Shown here one piece after another: positions 25,656-25,891 of a stretch of DNA of 25,891 nt. The notes beneath the pieces were generated by a model. That model was not told the origin of the DNA and searched no databases. It worked only from the letters and a program-made list of their open reading frames with translations. Positions within the stretch are counted from its first letter, which is position 1, and each line of letters begins with the position of its first letter. The stretch is from positions 1-25,891 of the IMG/VR virus record IMGVR_UViG_3300007593_000213; one strand, written 5' to 3'. The position numbers and the translations under genes are program-made. This DNA comes from a virus (Duplodnaviria; Caudoviricetes).

Positions 25656-25663
25656 TACTTATA
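25656..25663 (-). promoter_or_regulatory. Late-type promoter box TATAAGTA
   Basis: 9 nt upstream of the ATG at 25646. Confidence 0.55.
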
Positions 25664-25891
25664 CTAAACGAATCCAAGATTATCATTGCTTATTGAAAAA
25701 AGATAACTATCATCAATTCCTATAAGTAAATCATCATTTAAAATTGATGCTGGTGGATTAATTAATTGATTTTCTGGAGTAAATCCAAGTATTAACGATC
25801 CTGTTGTGAAATATACAAATGTAAACATTTCATCATTTACTGTTGAAAGTTTAACATTATTTGTAACATAAACAACAGAAGCATTTGCTGA
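25664..25891 (-). CDS. 3' end of a hypothetical (probably structural) protein running off the window
   Basis: Open frame from 25891: SANASVVYVTNNVKLSTVNDEMFTFVYFTTGSLILGFTPENQLINPPASILNDDLLIGIDDSYLFSISNDNLGFV, TAG at 25666-25664; absent from the ORF track. Confidence 0.7.
   Translation of the reverse strand, partial: SANASVVYVTNNVKLSTVNDEMFTFVYFTTGSLILGFTPENQLINPPASILNDDLLIGIDDSYLFSISNDNLGFV

Noticed and set aside
1-25891. Stop-codon reassignment, CRISPR array, tRNA genes, DGR or invertible cassette
   Set aside because: Conserved genes are full length in code 11 and TAA, TGA and TAG all act as stops. No spaced repeats, cloverleaf, reverse transcriptase, recombinase or long nucleotide repeats were seen by eye.

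Overview
AT-rich fragment of a large, divergent T4-like (myovirus) phage genome, almost fully coding under genetic code 11. The + strand carries a tail-fibre-like gene (5'-truncated), a higher-GC autotransporter-repeat (PATR) protein, a gp13-like neck protein, a free-standing HTH/PD-(D/E)XK homing-type endonuclease, gp4 head completion, gp21 prohead protease, a gp67-like core protein, gp22 scaffold and gp23 major capsid. Next come an inverted gp16-like small terminase, a dUTPase-fold protein that has lost its catalytic motifs and overlaps a gp44/RFC clamp-loader subunit, then baseplate gp25, gp6 and a 1197-aa Ig/PKD/propeller protein. A convergent - strand block encodes an LRR protein, a split-LamG/propeller protein, three paralogous fibre-like proteins (two with Cys-rich inserts, one with a gp38-like Gly-rich adhesin domain), two hypotheticals and a Dps/ferritin-like protein. 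T4-late-type TAAATA/TAAGTA boxes lie 4-11 nt before many start codons, suggesting leaderless or near-leaderless late mRNAs. The most interesting items are the pseudo-dUTPase/atypical clamp-loader pair, the three-paralogue fibre cassette, the captured PATR adhesin, and an endonuclease insertion that appears to have rewritten the neck-protein C-terminus. All family calls come from motif recognition by eye; no searches were run.
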